Positions 14,739 through 28,645 of a stretch of 64,000 nucleotides of DNA are shown piece after piece (position 1 is the first letter of the stretch; each line of letters starts with the position of its first letter). The notes beneath the pieces are model-generated. The model was not told the origin of the DNA and did no database searches. It saw only the letters and a program-made list of their open reading frames with translations. The DNA lies in contig CM119263.1 in NCBI GenBank assembly GCA_051294375.1, positions 13,656,414 through 13,720,413 of the forward strand, written 5' to 3'. A program made the position numbers and the translations under genes. This DNA is from Paraspadella gotoi. Its lineage: Eukaryota; Animalia; Chaetognatha.

Positions 14739-14877
14739 ATTTAACAAAGTTTGAAAATGGTTTCGTCAACGATTTTATTTATGTACGAACAGTTGGTTCG
14801 ACTCTTCATATTCGAGTCTTCATCAGCGTTAATAATGTATTTTTACAAATTTGTGCAAAGAAGGGAGAAGAAGAGAG

Positions 14878-14921
<44 letters not shown>

Positions 14922-16547
14922 AGGAGAGAGAGAGAGGAGAGAGAGAGAAGAGGGCAAAAAAGGTTTCCAACACAGAGATAGTGGTTAAAGAGTGAGTACA
15001 GTTTTAAGTTGAGGACAGATCAGTTGTGAAAAGAAGTGGAATGGTCAATTGGTGAAAAGAGGGAGAGAGAGACAGAGAGAGAAAGAGAGAGAGAAGGAGA
15101 GAGAAAGAGAGAAAAGAGAGAGACAAAATAATACATTGTGCAATGTACAACAAAGAATAAGTTTAAGTTTAAACTAATAGTGAATGTAACAATTAATCTA
15201 ATAATAAATAGATAGTAATGAAAGGAAAGAAAGTTTTTAAATATGAAATGATACATTTTGTGAGGGATAGATAAGTGACTGTTAAGTAAAAAATTAAGAA
15301 TTAAGATAGAGCTCCATCGTTAAGGCCTTTCATTTGCATAACAAGGGGGCCTGCTCATTTGAGCTCTATATTAATTCTTAATTTTTTTACTTAACAGTCA
15401 CTTATCTATCCCTCACTAAAATGTATCATTTCATATTTAAAAACTTCTTTCCTTTATTTTACTATCTATATTTATTATTAGATTAATTGTTAAATTCACT
15501 ATTAGTTTAAACTTAAACTTATTCTTTGTTGTAAATTGCACAAATAGGGTTGAGTGATGAAAAGATTGAGTGATGTTGAACATTATTTTTTTTGCTGCCT
15601 ATGAATATTAATTAATAAATTTTAAATCCTTTTTAAAAAAAATTTTAGCTTACAGTATAGCAAATTCAATCTATTTATGTAGTAATTATCCTTATAAACT
15701 CGTCCAAATTTTAAAATTAATTTATTTTTTATTTTTAAGAACTGTTTGGGATTCGCTTGCTAAACTAAGAAACTGTATTAAAATGTTATATGGATATTTT
15801 AATGTTTTATTTTTTTGATCACAAAAAATGTCTAAAACATTTTTAAACATATATAAGTTTCTACTACAGAGAATAAAAAGTTCGAGGGAATTTTTTCACG
15901 CGTTTTTTCTTATTTTAAACATTTGAAGATGACAGAATTTTTGGATAACATGTTTTATATTTTTGATTTCAACTTTTATGAGAATCTGAATCTTTATAAA
16001 AGTTTAAAAAATTATTAAAATTTACTATTTTATATGGAATTATTACAAATATATTATATTTTACTATTCTGTTTCCCGAGATAATATTGAACAAAATATT
16101 TTTCTGTAACTTGTTAATCATACTAACTTCACATCTAAATATCATTGTTCGATCAGTTCAATATTTTTTGTTTCTTGAGTGCTCCACTCTATGGCACAAT
16201 GTATTATTTTGTCTCTCTCTTTTCCTTCTTTCTCTCTCCCTTCTCTCTCTCTCTCTCTGTCTCTCTCTCCCTCTTTCACCAACTTGACCATTTCCACTTC
16301 TTTTCACAATGAATCTGTCCTCAACTTAAAACTACGTACTCACTCTTTAACCACTATCTCTGTGTTGGAAAACCTTTTTTGCCCTCTTTTCTCTCTCTCT
16401 CCTCTCCTCTCTCTCTCTCTCTCTCTCCCTTTCTTTTTGCACAAATTGTAAAAATCCCATTATTAACGCTGATTGAAGACTCGAATATGAAGAGTCGAAA
16501 CATGTCCATAAAACCGTTGACGAAACCATTTTCAAACTTTGTTAAAT
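14739..16547. repeat. Large foldback (inverted) repeat: left arm 14739-15314, 46-nt loop, right arm 15361-15543 plus 16194-16547, with 650 bp extra in the right arm
   Basis: Arms are reverse complements, e.g. GTGAGGGATAGATAAGTGACTGTTAAGT / ACTTAACAGTCACTTATCTATCCCTCAC and GGTTTCCAACACAGAGATAGTGGTTAAAGAG / CTCTTTAACCACTATCTCTGTGTTGGAAA(C)C. Confidence 0.92.
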
Positions 16548-17694
16548 CTCTAAACTCAACGAAGCTGAAAGGATTAATACAACAAAATTTAAAGTAATAT
16601 TAAAGTAATTTAATGGCTACCCGACGCTTAAACTTTTGATAGAAACAGTAAAATCTGTTATAATTTAGATATTAAATTGGTAGCCCTTGTTAGTTATATA
16701 ATATATGTGGTTCTAAAGTTAAAAAGGTCAGCAGAGCTAGAAAGGATTCTGACAAGGATTCGGAATTGCAACCAAAAATCGACGGAGGCCGTCACGTCGC
16801 CAACAAAACGCGACGCTTCTAGCAAATCCTGTAAACGTTTCAGTAACGGTAGTCGAGTTATTGTATCCTCGTCGATTTAACCGAACCCCCGGAGTCGCCC
16901 CTGACGTCACCGATGGCGAATCCGAGGCCGAAACATGATAACGACCCATTAACTAATCGTAACAACACCTGATACTGTTTGCGGGACTAATTACCCGTTA
17001 TTATCCGAAGTACATCTGTTCCACGCCAGCACCCCGCCGGTGCTGATTGCTTAACGGCTTGCTTCGCGAAACAGCTGTTAATTTGTGAGATCCTGACGCG
17101 CGGAATTACTATTTTTTGCTCTTTGTCGTGTTAGGCTTTACGTTTCAACGTTTTACTCTCAAAATCTTACTTTCATCTTCATATCTGCTTAGCACAATAT
17201 TGTGTTACCTAACGAATAAAATAATTTTCAAAAATGCTATAAAGCATAATTAGGGAAAACGGCAAATTTTTCTGGGCTGGTAAAACAGTTGTCCGCAAAA
17301 TTCGGCTTACCGTTGAACATTTTGTGTCAAGGCTCCCCGAGATTTCTTTGTAATTACCTGAAAATCGTTAATATCAAAGGTTGTGAACGAGCATATTTAC
17401 GCAAGGATTATTTATGACGATAATTTTAATCATTTGTAAACTCTTGGGATTTTAGTTACGACCTCGGTCGACTCGACTCAATAAAACGCTTTTTGTTGAA
17501 AAGTTCGAGTCTGTTTTCTAAAAATGTTTTGAAAACACAACTGAAAATAGGTCCGAACTTGACCATGGACTGGAGAGACAGGCGCGTACGTTTTTTTGTT
17601 TCTATAAATCTAGCCGCTAACAAGTTTGAGTAAACAATGCCGGATCTGCGTACGATCATTCAGAGGTATTCAGCTAATCAGATGATCTGTTATG

Positions 17695-17830
17695 TTTTTA
17701 GTTGCGCCATGAGTACTCGCGGAGCAACTCTATAATTCACTTTCGGTCGGTCTGTCGATCTGTTGGTCGATCGGTCCTTATGTCTGTCCGTCGGTCTGTC
17801 CCCTTATGTTAAAAATGCTCATAACTAGTT
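17695..17830 (+). mobile_element. HINE/DINE-1-like fragment
   Basis: TTTTTAGTTGC...GCAACT inverted repeat, CTCTATAATTCACTTT, (GTCY)n tract, AAAATGCTCATAAC. Confidence 0.5.
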
Positions 17831-18915
17831 GGTTGATCGTTTGTTAAGATAAGAAAAACCTCAAATCTAGGTGACTGCTAGCGCCGCCTTCAGGAAATCT
17901 TAAAACTCTAAAGAATAAAAGACAGAACTCCGATGCAGTGCGTGTCATAAATATACGGGTAAAGTAAGTTGCTGAGGTGCAACACTTTGAAGGACCGATC
18001 TTATTTTTTTTTCACAAGCTCTTTTTTATCATTTGTCTTTTTTTATTATATTTATTCTTTTTTATTAACTAGTTATTGTTTTATTAATATTTATTTGTCA
18101 ATTTTCTTTTGTATTTCCATTATTTTTTGTTCATTTCATTCTGTTGTGTCATTATGGCAATATTGGTAGTAGTTGTGGTGGGTTTTGGTCGTTATTGTAA
18201 TAATTGATTTTGTTATAGTGATTATGCAATTTATGGTTGTTAACTTGTTAAGATTTTTAGGGTGGTTAATATAATGGTTGTGGTGGTTACCGACATGATC
18301 GTGGCGTGGGACCGACGGACCCACAAAGTGAATTATAGAGCCGAGATTCTGCTACATAAAGCAGATGCGGCGAAAAAACGTTTTTGTGGAGACCCCACCG
18401 TCTCTTTTAGGGCGCTTGACGGGAGATCGCTGGTTCCCAGTGGGTCACCCGCCCGGGCGGTTGGCTGTCAGCGAAGAGCGGCCGGGGAAAGGGCAGTAAA
18501 CGGATAATTCTTCTCTCTCTCTCCTCTCATCTTTCTTCTTCTCTCTTCTCTCTCTCTTCTCTCTCTCTCTCTCTCTCTCTCTCACTCACTCACTACTCAC
18601 TATCTGGGATATGGTTCCCTCTTTAAGTCCCGCACGCGTTGACCCACTCTCTCTGAATTATTCGCCCCAAGATCTGCTCCCATAGCGAACGCTTGTCTCT
18701 GGCGTTCGCCGCCCCCTTTCCTCTTCGTCGAAATTAACGTTAATCATCTTAGGGAATAAAATCTGACGCTTGTAATTGATTAAATTAGCAGAGCGCGCGT
18801 CCCCGGAGCGCGAAGTAGAAAACGAGAGAGAGGACAGAGAGACGGGGACCCCGGCACAGAGCGAGAAAGAGAGAGATTCAAATTTCCGTCACGGTCTTGA
18901 GTCAAAACCACATAT

Positions 18916-18982
<67 letters not shown>

Positions 18983-19908
18983 CTCATTTTTCTCTCTCCC
19001 TTCATGGCCCCCCTCGCTCTCATCCCCTAGTTTTTCTCAACAATTTCCTCCTATCATAAACATCGAAGCAGGAAGGGAAACCGCAAACCTCGTCTACACG
19101 CAGCGAGGCCTCGTCCACGCAGCGGCGGTCCTTGTGACGTCACGTCTTTTCCGACGATGACGTCACGGAAAATCTCCGAGGAGCCGTTCGACGCGTTCGT
19201 CGGTTGTTCTTTTGTTAATCGAATTAATCAACGAATCAAAGTTTTTTCGCCGTTAGTCACACTTCGTAATGAATCGCTAGGGCGGAGGTGGCGGGTTATT
19301 TCTCGAACCAAATATTAATCGAGAAATTAAAGTCGGTTCTAAATTAGTCACCGAGTCCAAAGTTTATCGTCTCATTTCCTGCCTATTGTCTAATTATCTT
19401 AAGAAAATATTTCAAGTAATTAAAATGACGAAGTATGCATTGTCCGCCTCAGTGGTTTGAAACAATAGTAATAGAGGAAGTTCTTTATACCAGGCCCAGG
19501 TTAGTCTTCTCGACGAATTCCTTTGATTCTGTCAGCAGTTGACGAGATATTCAACTTAAGTCTTACATTACGATGCCCCACAATACTAAAATCAGTATCG
19601 CTCTTATTTAACCCCACGTCGTTGAAAATTCCTCGGGGGAAAAATTATATCAGTTCGCGTTTCTTCCACGTGTCGACGTCGTCAGCGTCGACGACGATGA
19701 CGGAGATGGGTGATGGCATCGCGATTCCATCGTTACGTGTTAGCCAGACCTTCGCTTTGGCGTCGTCATTAAAAATCCTTCCTCGCCGATATAACTTCAA
19801 AGTGAAAGGAGAAAAACTTTTATGAGATTTTTTGTCGCAACCGTGTGAGTGAAAGAGAGAGGGAGAGAGAGAGGGAGAAGAGGGAGAGAGAGAGAGAGAG
19901 AGAGAAGA

Positions 19909-19967
<59 letters not shown>

Positions 19968-21781
19968 GAAAACTGAAAAGTCAAGGTTGTCAATGTCGGG
20001 GACATAATCGTTTGTGACGGCGACAGTTAATGCGGTCATTGAAAGGCCTTTCGTTATGGCCAATGGCTTTGATCATCCGCAATACTTTTAAGAAATATAT
20101 AATTTTCTTTTAAATATTTATATAACGGGGTGGCCCGTGAATAATCATCAGTTTTTTACTGACATTAAAAATAAAAACCAAACTACTTATTATAAAGATA
20201 ATTTTAAAAAGTGAGAACGACAGCCAAGCGTCAACATCATAATGGGCGACCAAGACGTCTCGTGTTGAACCCATGACACGCCAGTGACACGCTATTGACA
20301 CGCTAACGTCACGTCGAGGGTAAAAGTGGATAGCATCGTTTCATGATTAAAAGCGCCGATTATGATTAAAAGCGCCGTCGAAGCTGAGGCCGCGGTGACG
20401 AGGTCGGGGGTTACGATGCGGCATCGGGAGACCACATCGCGGGCGGATCGACGAATAAGATTAGTGCGAAGAAAATCTCGTAAACTCCCTCGTGTGGAAC
20501 GAAAATCCGGCGCGGGACCGTGTTTTGGGTGCTGCGCTTGCAAAGCCGTGCTTTTCGAGGTTTCGTTTGCCGCATTTGGAAGGTCCTTTGGTTGGTTCTG
20601 CGTTTGCTTGACAGCGTTTGCATATTTTATAGAGTTCTACAGAAATTTCTTATTTTTATACATGTTTCTCTTTTAATCCNNNNNNNNNNTTATTTTCTTT
20701 GAGCTTTTAACAGTTGCGGAGTTGCATAGGAGTAGGCGGCATCAGATATCGGGATTGTTTGAAGTGCGAGATAAATATTGCAATGGAACGGATAGCAGGG
20801 TGGCATGATATCGTACCCTCATTTATACAGGGCCACCGTCGTTCTGTCTACTAATAAGGGACTCTTCGGGTCAGGGTTCGGCGCTTGGCCCTTTGAACGT
20901 CTTAACGTCACGAAAGTGGGCGCTTGATGGAAGAGGGGCGCCTCTGCGAGGTGAGCTTCGTCTCCCGGACGAACGCATCGGAGCAAAAAAGAATGGAAAA
21001 TCGAAGGGAGCGATCGGGCGGAACGGAGATTTTCGCAACCGGAGAACGAGGAGCGGACAACCGGACGACCGGAGTGTCGAACAGAAATCCCAACACGTTA
21101 CAACGAGATCCCCGCCGGTAAGGCCGCCGGTAAGCCGAGGTAATGCTGCCGGGAAAGCCGGACAGAGCATAAATCCTCCCGGCTGGAAACGGACACTTTG
21201 TGAATTATGATGACGATTAACTGAACAAATAAATTCGTGCTTTATTGTTGTTTTGTTTTATTTGATCTTTATTTCTATTTTTAGAAAGAAATACAGTATA
21301 TTTACATCATATTTTAAAAGTTCCGGAATTCTTGCGAAAAATAAAAAAACGCAAACCGAATTAAATTTCTAAAAGGCTGATATATTTATGAATTATGTAA
21401 AGTTATCTACTAAACTAATGATATTCCATAAAGGCCCAAATTCTTTAGTTTTAAAAACCAAACGTAGATTATTTATATAAAAATAAGAAAAAAAAGTAAA
21501 AACCCCAAAGTACGAGTCGTCCCCGGCGAATGGTCCGACCCCCTTGGTGGGACAAAAACTCCCACGATTCCCTCTCTGAAATCCCGGAATCTCGAACGTT
21601 CCCGCCCCGGCTGTCCGAGGAAGGAGTCCGCCGCCATATATCGTCTCGAAGTCGACTGACCGACTCGCCCCTGTCGCGCCCTTCCCTTCCTTTCCGGATT
21701 TAAAGGAAGAGAAACGAAGGGCGAGCGCGGAAACGAGCGACGTTTTAAGGTTGGAGAGAGAGAGAGAGAGAGATGAGAGAG

Positions 21782-21813
<32 letters not shown>

Positions 21814-21919
21814 AGAGACTGGAGCGCGTAAACGAAAAAAGAGGAAATCCTCCTCTCGTTGGGAAGGGAATTATGAGCGTCACCCAGGAAGAGACGGGAT
21901 GAGACGAGAGAGAGAGAAA

Positions 21920-21956
<37 letters not shown>

Positions 21957-22272
21957 AAGAGAGAGGATTCGGGTCCAACTCGGTCCCAGCGCAGCGGAGT
22001 CTTGTCTCCGCAGCGTCGATTCGAGGCGACGAAGGCGCGTTCCATCGTAAACGACGGAGTTGAAGTAAATCGTTTACGCTCGCGGGGACCGTAAAGGGCA
22101 ATACCCAGAAAGGCGGAATCCGTCTCTTGCGAGAGATAACCAGGGGGGGAATGCAATCTCATGGTGAGAGAGAGAGGGAGAGAGCGAGACTCGTAACCTC
22201 GGTCCATTGCGTCTTCAACCCCCATAAAATCCTCTCTGTCCCTCTCGTTGAATCCTTTACCCCTGGAGGGAG

Positions 22273-22372
<100 letters not shown>

Positions 22373-23409
22373 TTTTTTGACGACCGTCACAATAATTTCC
22401 TTTTTTCATCTCTAGGCCGTTTTTACAGTCGGGGTCCGGATTTAACGTCTCCCGATTTAACGTCATCCGATTTTACGTTGGCTGATTAAACGTCACTGAC
22501 GGAGCGGAAAAACGCCGGGGAAATTTTTTCCGTTTCCTGGGCGGAGGTGGAGGAGGAAGAGGAGGAGGCTCCACGTGGGAAATTTCCCATGGGACGTCCG
22601 GGAGAGGGAGGGCGTTTCAGTGAAAAATCCGGGGGTAAGGCGGCGTGACATCTTGGGCATGGCGACGGAGCTTAGAATCCAAGGTGAGGCGCCGTGGGAT
22701 CCTATGCCCACGGGTCGACGAAGTCAGTTACCGAAAAAGACCTTGCTGTGAATGAAATTTTATGAAATTTGAAGGAAGTTTCAGTAATGAGTAATGAGTA
22801 TATGTGATGTTCAAACTGCCGCGAATAAATTACTTATCACTTTAATATAACAGGGAAAATTTATAATGTTTATCTATTAATAAATTAAAACATTTTTACT
22901 ATTTAGCTTTATTTACGTTATAAAAAATTTCTTCCAAAGACATTTATCGAGATTTTTTTTCAAAAATTTGGATTTAATTTGGATTTAAATTGGATTTAAA
23001 TTGGTTTTGATGGAAGCTTGAAATGATATTTCATAATAATCTCGCCAGTTTTTTTCCTATTTTGTTATCAACATGATTTTTTAATTTTCAAAATCAAATT
23101 CGAACGCGTCTGGCATCAAAAATGCTGCGAAGAGGAAACGAGATAAAACAATCTTTTTTTTTACTAATTTATCTGCTTTTCTGACTAAAACAGCAATTTC
23201 ATAAGCCGACTGCTTATTCGCCCTTTAAAATATAGCTCACAATTGTAGTAGAGCTTCCAGTCGCATCAAAGAACAACAACAATCAAAAAGTGCGCTACTT
23301 TTGTTGTAGTCTTAACTCTTAACTTCTATTTTGTTGTTATCATAAGGATGTCAAAGCGTGTGATGCAAAGATCTCTTGGCTTTTGCGAATGGCCGGAGAT
23401 TCTTTCTTT

Positions 23410-23468
<59 letters not shown>

Positions 23469-24340
23469 TATCTCCCGCTCTCTTTTGCCTTAAAACTTTT
23501 ATCTGATTCCGCTGTCAGTCACTCTGGAATATGGAAGCTCTCCTCTCCTTGTCCGACCTTTTTTTCCCCCTAGAGGAAAAAGCTTGGGCCACAACCACTT
23601 AATATTCCAAACATAGATTTGTTTATCTCACCATCTCGGAACTTGGAAGTCAAGGTTTTTTCTATAATTTTTTTCTCTTCTTTATTCTCGCTTCAAGGAA
23701 AACCAAAAAAAATCCCACCGGCCCTTATGTTTGTCGAACAATCTGCCAAGAGGCAGAAAATGACGTTGTAAAAAATGACCGACTCATTTTTAGTAAAACA
23801 TTCAATTTATTGTATTCGAATTCTCCAAAAACGACGCGTTAAACTTAATTTAAATAATTTTATTATTTTTAGTATTTTCAAGTGAAAAAAAAAAAAGGTT
23901 CGGAGTTTATATTCTCGATTCCCTACATGGACATAATCGATTTAAATCATGATGATAAATGCTCGTTTGAAAGGATTGGACGTTGGACAACCGCAGGTTT
24001 GGAAACTCCCCGTCGCTAGACGAATTGTTCTGACCCGATTATACCCAATCAGACGCACTCTATCCGCGGCCCTCGGTTCGTCACAATTCGGCGAGTCCAA
24101 AACCGAGATCGATTTTGAAGCCTCCGTTCGAATTGAGCAAAGTGAACCGATTTCGCCTCAAACCGACTTCGACTTAATAGAGAAAAAAAAGTAAACAAAT
24201 TCCGGTGTTTCACGATTGAGGCGCCCTCCACCCCCCCTTCTTTCCCTAGCTGTCAGCGCCATCGTGGCATCCTTTTAAATCGAAATGAAAAACGATTTGG
24301 CTTCAACCTTCGCCGAAGACGAATTTCTATCAACGACAAG

Positions 24341-24409
<69 letters not shown>

Positions 24410-26216
24410 CAGGGAAACGAGAAATGTTATCTTGGCGTCATAAATATTCTCTGTCCTTTTCAAACTAAATATACTTCTCGCCTTTTTTGTCTTAAAACGC
24501 GGTTCTCCACGCACCCCCCCCTGAAAAAAAAGAGGGATGACGCATGCGCCGCGGATTTTTTCCTCTGTTTTCGTTGGCCTCAAATTCGCCATCTTCAAAG
24601 AGGAACATGACACTGCGTCAACATTGACTTAAAAAATCTGAAAAGGAAAAAAATATAATCGTTGAAAAAAAATCGAGTTTTTGTTTTGTCCGACGATCCA
24701 TTCATCCATCGATCCATTCATTTCGACGAGGAAAAAATTTTATAAAGTTACAAAAATCGTTTCTTCGTTTCGCTCGTGATTTATGTAACATTAAAACAAT
24801 TAAAGCGAACCTTTTTTGGCCTTTTTCATTGGTATTCTTTTTATATCATCCATTCAAAAAATAAACAATCGCCTTGTCAACCTTTTATACTTTCAGGAAA
24901 AAAAATATCTTAATTCCCTCTTTTATTTTCGAATTAAAATTCTCTTTGAAATCCGTCGAGAAGTTTTACGTCGAAATTATATCGTCGAGGTCCCAGTACC
25001 CTCTGAGAACCCCCATCTCGGGCCTCCCCAACTTCCCCGCCAAACCGTACGCATCATTAACACCCCGTCCTCCGGCGTCCCCGGACTCGTCCTCGACCGC
25101 AGCCCCGCATTTTCTCGAAGACACCCACATAACCGCCCACGTCCGACATCCTCGCCGACCTGGCCGGCTTCCCCAAGGCCCCTCCAGTAGCGGCGGGGGT
25201 TCGCCCGGACCCTCCAGCGGAAAATCCCGGAAAAAGCGCCATCAGCGCCGAGGGGCGTCCGCAAAAATCCTTTCCAGACTTTCGATCCCTCCCAACCCTC
25301 CCCCCCCTCCTCGCCTTCTTCCTTCTGCTCCTCCTATACACTGCGGCGCAAAAAAAAGTAGTCACTTGTTAGCTTTAAATACCCCACTATTTCTTTTTTA
25401 AATTTTAAGAAAATATTTATAAAAAATATAATTTTTTAAAAAAGCTATTGATTGGTTCAGGCAGTAGAATACAGCAATTCTTTAAAGTCAGAGTCTGAAA
25501 ACAGAATTGGGAAAAAATTATTTTTGAAGGTTAAGTTGATACTTTTTTTTGACTGATGATAAAAGATTGTTTTTTTATATAGTTTTTTTACTTATTTTAA
25601 TCTGATTTAGGTAAAAAATGGTTGACACCTATCCCTACAGATATTCTATGTATAATTTATTCAGCCAATTTTATATTATAAATATTTTATAATAAAAAAA
25701 GTTATTAACTCTTATTGATTAAAAAAAACTAATTTCATTTTTTTTCAATTTTTTGTACCAATCGACTTTGTCGTCCTATAACTTTAAAACGCTTTGCTAG
25801 ATTTGATTGGAACTTGGACCAATTGCTTTATCTTTTAATAAGCGTTGTTTTATATTTCTATATCTTTGTAAAATTCAGCCATCCAATACAGTTTTTTTCG
25901 TTGTGAAAAAGTAGCTATTTTTTTTTGCGCCGAAGTGTACTTTCTTTCATTTACATTCACCTTCTTTTACTCATCCTTTCTCTTCTCCCTTCACGTCAAT
26001 GGGCCACCCCTCTCTGCCTTTCCTTGTAGAGATCATTGTTTGCGTCAATCGCGTCATTGGCGTCAATTTCGCCGTTTGCTGCATTATTCTTCCCTTGATC
26101 ACGACTCTCCTTTCTCAATTCTTAACATCGTGAGTCACATTTGAACGTCCCAACTCCGATGTAATCTGATAATATAATCCTGTTAAATCCATAAATTTTC
26201 AAATTATTCCGAATAG

Positions 26217-26375
26217 GTTTTCAGTTACGTCGTGGTCGGTCTGTCAGTCTGACCGTCTGTCCGTTTGTCTCTCCCACTCACGTTTTAAATGCTCATAACG
26301 CGAGTCATACCGTGTCAATTTGGTTCATATCTGGTAGAAAGGTAGGGTTAAAAAGGAGCTTTAGTTTTCTTATGT
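26217..26375 (+). mobile_element. HINE/DINE-1-like fragment
   Basis: (GTCY)n tract followed by AAATGCTCATAAC, as in the 17.7-kb copy; GGTAGAAAGGTAGG resembles the body of the 51.2-kb copy. Confidence 0.4.
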
Positions 26376-27009
26376 CTCATAATTGTGCAGTCACATCTGA
26401 TCGCATGGCCAGACATGACCAGACATTCAATGTCGGTTCTTCTTTCGTGCCAATTTCTTTTCGTCCTCACTTCTGGCCCCTTTGCCATCGCCTTTAATCC
26501 TGCAATCCCTACCATTTTCCAAATTACCCCGAAACTTTTTTAATTCACCCTCGATCCCCAAAATTCATCGCCAACCCTTTTTTTTTCTTTCTCTTTGGCC
26601 ACAAAAGGCTAAAGTCGCTGAAAGAATAAATGATCGAAAGAAAGAAAATCGCAGGAGAAATAAAGAACCCGATCCTCGGTCTCGGATCCAGGATTGATGA
26701 ATTAATAGGGGGGAGGCCGTTCAGTCTCCTTCACCTTTTTCTTATAAATTTTTTAAAAAATTCTTTATTTTATCTTTTTTTTTTAAATCTTATATATGAA
26801 ACTGGAATTATAACCTCCATTAACTTCGCAGTGCTGATTTATATTAACATTTAAATGAGAAAATTTAAAATATTTAAGCTCCCTTCTTTTATTTATTACG
26901 TTTCATTTTATCTATCGTCCTCATTTTTTGTGATCTTCTTTGTTTTTAGATTATCCTGTCATCGTTCTTTTTTTTTCTCCATCCTATTCTTCTTCCCGTC
27001 CCAATGAAA

Positions 27010-27120
27010 TTCTTCTTCGTCTTCTTCTTCTTCTTCTTCTTCTTCTTCTTCTCCTCCTCTTCTTCTTCTTCTTCTCTTCTTCTTCTTCTTTTTTCTTCTT
27101 CTTCTTCTTTCTTCTTCTTC
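27010..27120 (+). repeat. (CTT)n microsatellite
   Basis: Directly visible. Confidence 0.97.
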
Positions 27121-27214
27121 GCCGAATCATCAATTAAGAATCGTTTATCGGCAAAAACACCATCGATCGAAGCCTCGTTAGTATCATCGTCATCCTCCTC
27201 CCTCTGTTAATTAC

Positions 27215-27317
<103 letters not shown>

Positions 27318-27573
27318 CTTTGGTCGGGCCAAATCAAAAGAAGAGCAAGAATGGACACACTTTTTGATCTCCTGGCGCCGGTTTCGTCAGACAGACTCGA
27401 CACGAGGAAAACAAATGACTAAAGATTTTTTTCTTGTTCTTTTGTTCTTTTTTTTTTTTTTTTTTTCGTCCCCGATTTTCTAGTGCATCTCCATTGAGAA
27501 TTAGTGGCGGGCGATGGGAGACGACGTTTCGCTAAATGAAGATCAGATGACAATTCTCGCGACGAAGTCTCTC

Positions 27574-27663
<90 letters not shown>

Positions 27664-27732
27664 ATTATCCGCTGTAAGAAGAAGGCGTGACGAAGGTTTC
27701 GGAAGGACACCATCGGAATTTGTCATTGTATT

Positions 27733-27828
<96 letters not shown>

Positions 27829-28423
27829 AATAATGATGAGCGTAAGAAGAAGGGATGGGAAGCCGCGGGTTTAGACGAAGCCTCTGTCTGGGATAGACGC
27901 GAAATGGCTTCGCGGTTTACATCCCATTTAGTGTTGAACGGAGAATGTCTCAGCCATCACTGATTTTTATCATTCTGGAGCTAAATTTTTTTTTCATCAA
28001 CGTACAAAACTTAATCATCATCAATCGATAAAAAATAAAATCGAAGTAAACTCGTCTTTTTTTTTTCACCGTTGATCACCGCCGATTGAAATATCTATTA
28101 TCGAACTCGTTCCCAAATTGAATTGTTTGTAAACAAATCGCGGGAAAGTTTGGGACGCTTGGGGAATCTTCGTTAATATCTCGAATGGTGGCGAACCACA
28201 GTGGAATCGGTTTCCCGGCAAAGTTAAAAAATAGAGAATTTATTCCGTTTGTAATTTACACAATCGTTAAGTAACTTCCGAGTTATTGAGTTTTCTCCTT
28301 TTCTCGAGTTTTCCGGAATTTTTCAAATTAATTAAATTGGAGTAATCAACGTAATTTAATTATGATTTTCGACGCCGACTTTCTCGCTTCCTTCGCTTTA
28401 AGTGTAAAAGTTTTTTATTATAA

Positions 28424-28451
28424 ATATTATTGTTATTATCATTATTACTAA

Positions 28452-28527
<76 letters not shown>

Positions 28528-28571
28528 ATTATTATTATTATTATTTTTATTATTATTAATATTAATATTAA

Positions 28572-28643
<72 letters not shown>

Positions 28644-28645
28644 CA
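28424..28645 (+). repeat. (ATT)n microsatellite
   Basis: Directly visible; source of the poly-Ile ORF. Confidence 0.98.

Larger units (their letters stand above)
5063..20689. other. Assembly gaps (N runs): 5063-5232, 7101-7125, 9452-9786, 10411-10420, 10840-11128, 12136-12160, 20680-20689
   Basis: N characters in the sequence. Confidence 1.

Noticed and set aside
26028-26050. bantam-like miRNA seed (GAGATCATTGT)
   Set aside because: The remainder does not match and no precursor hairpin is evident.
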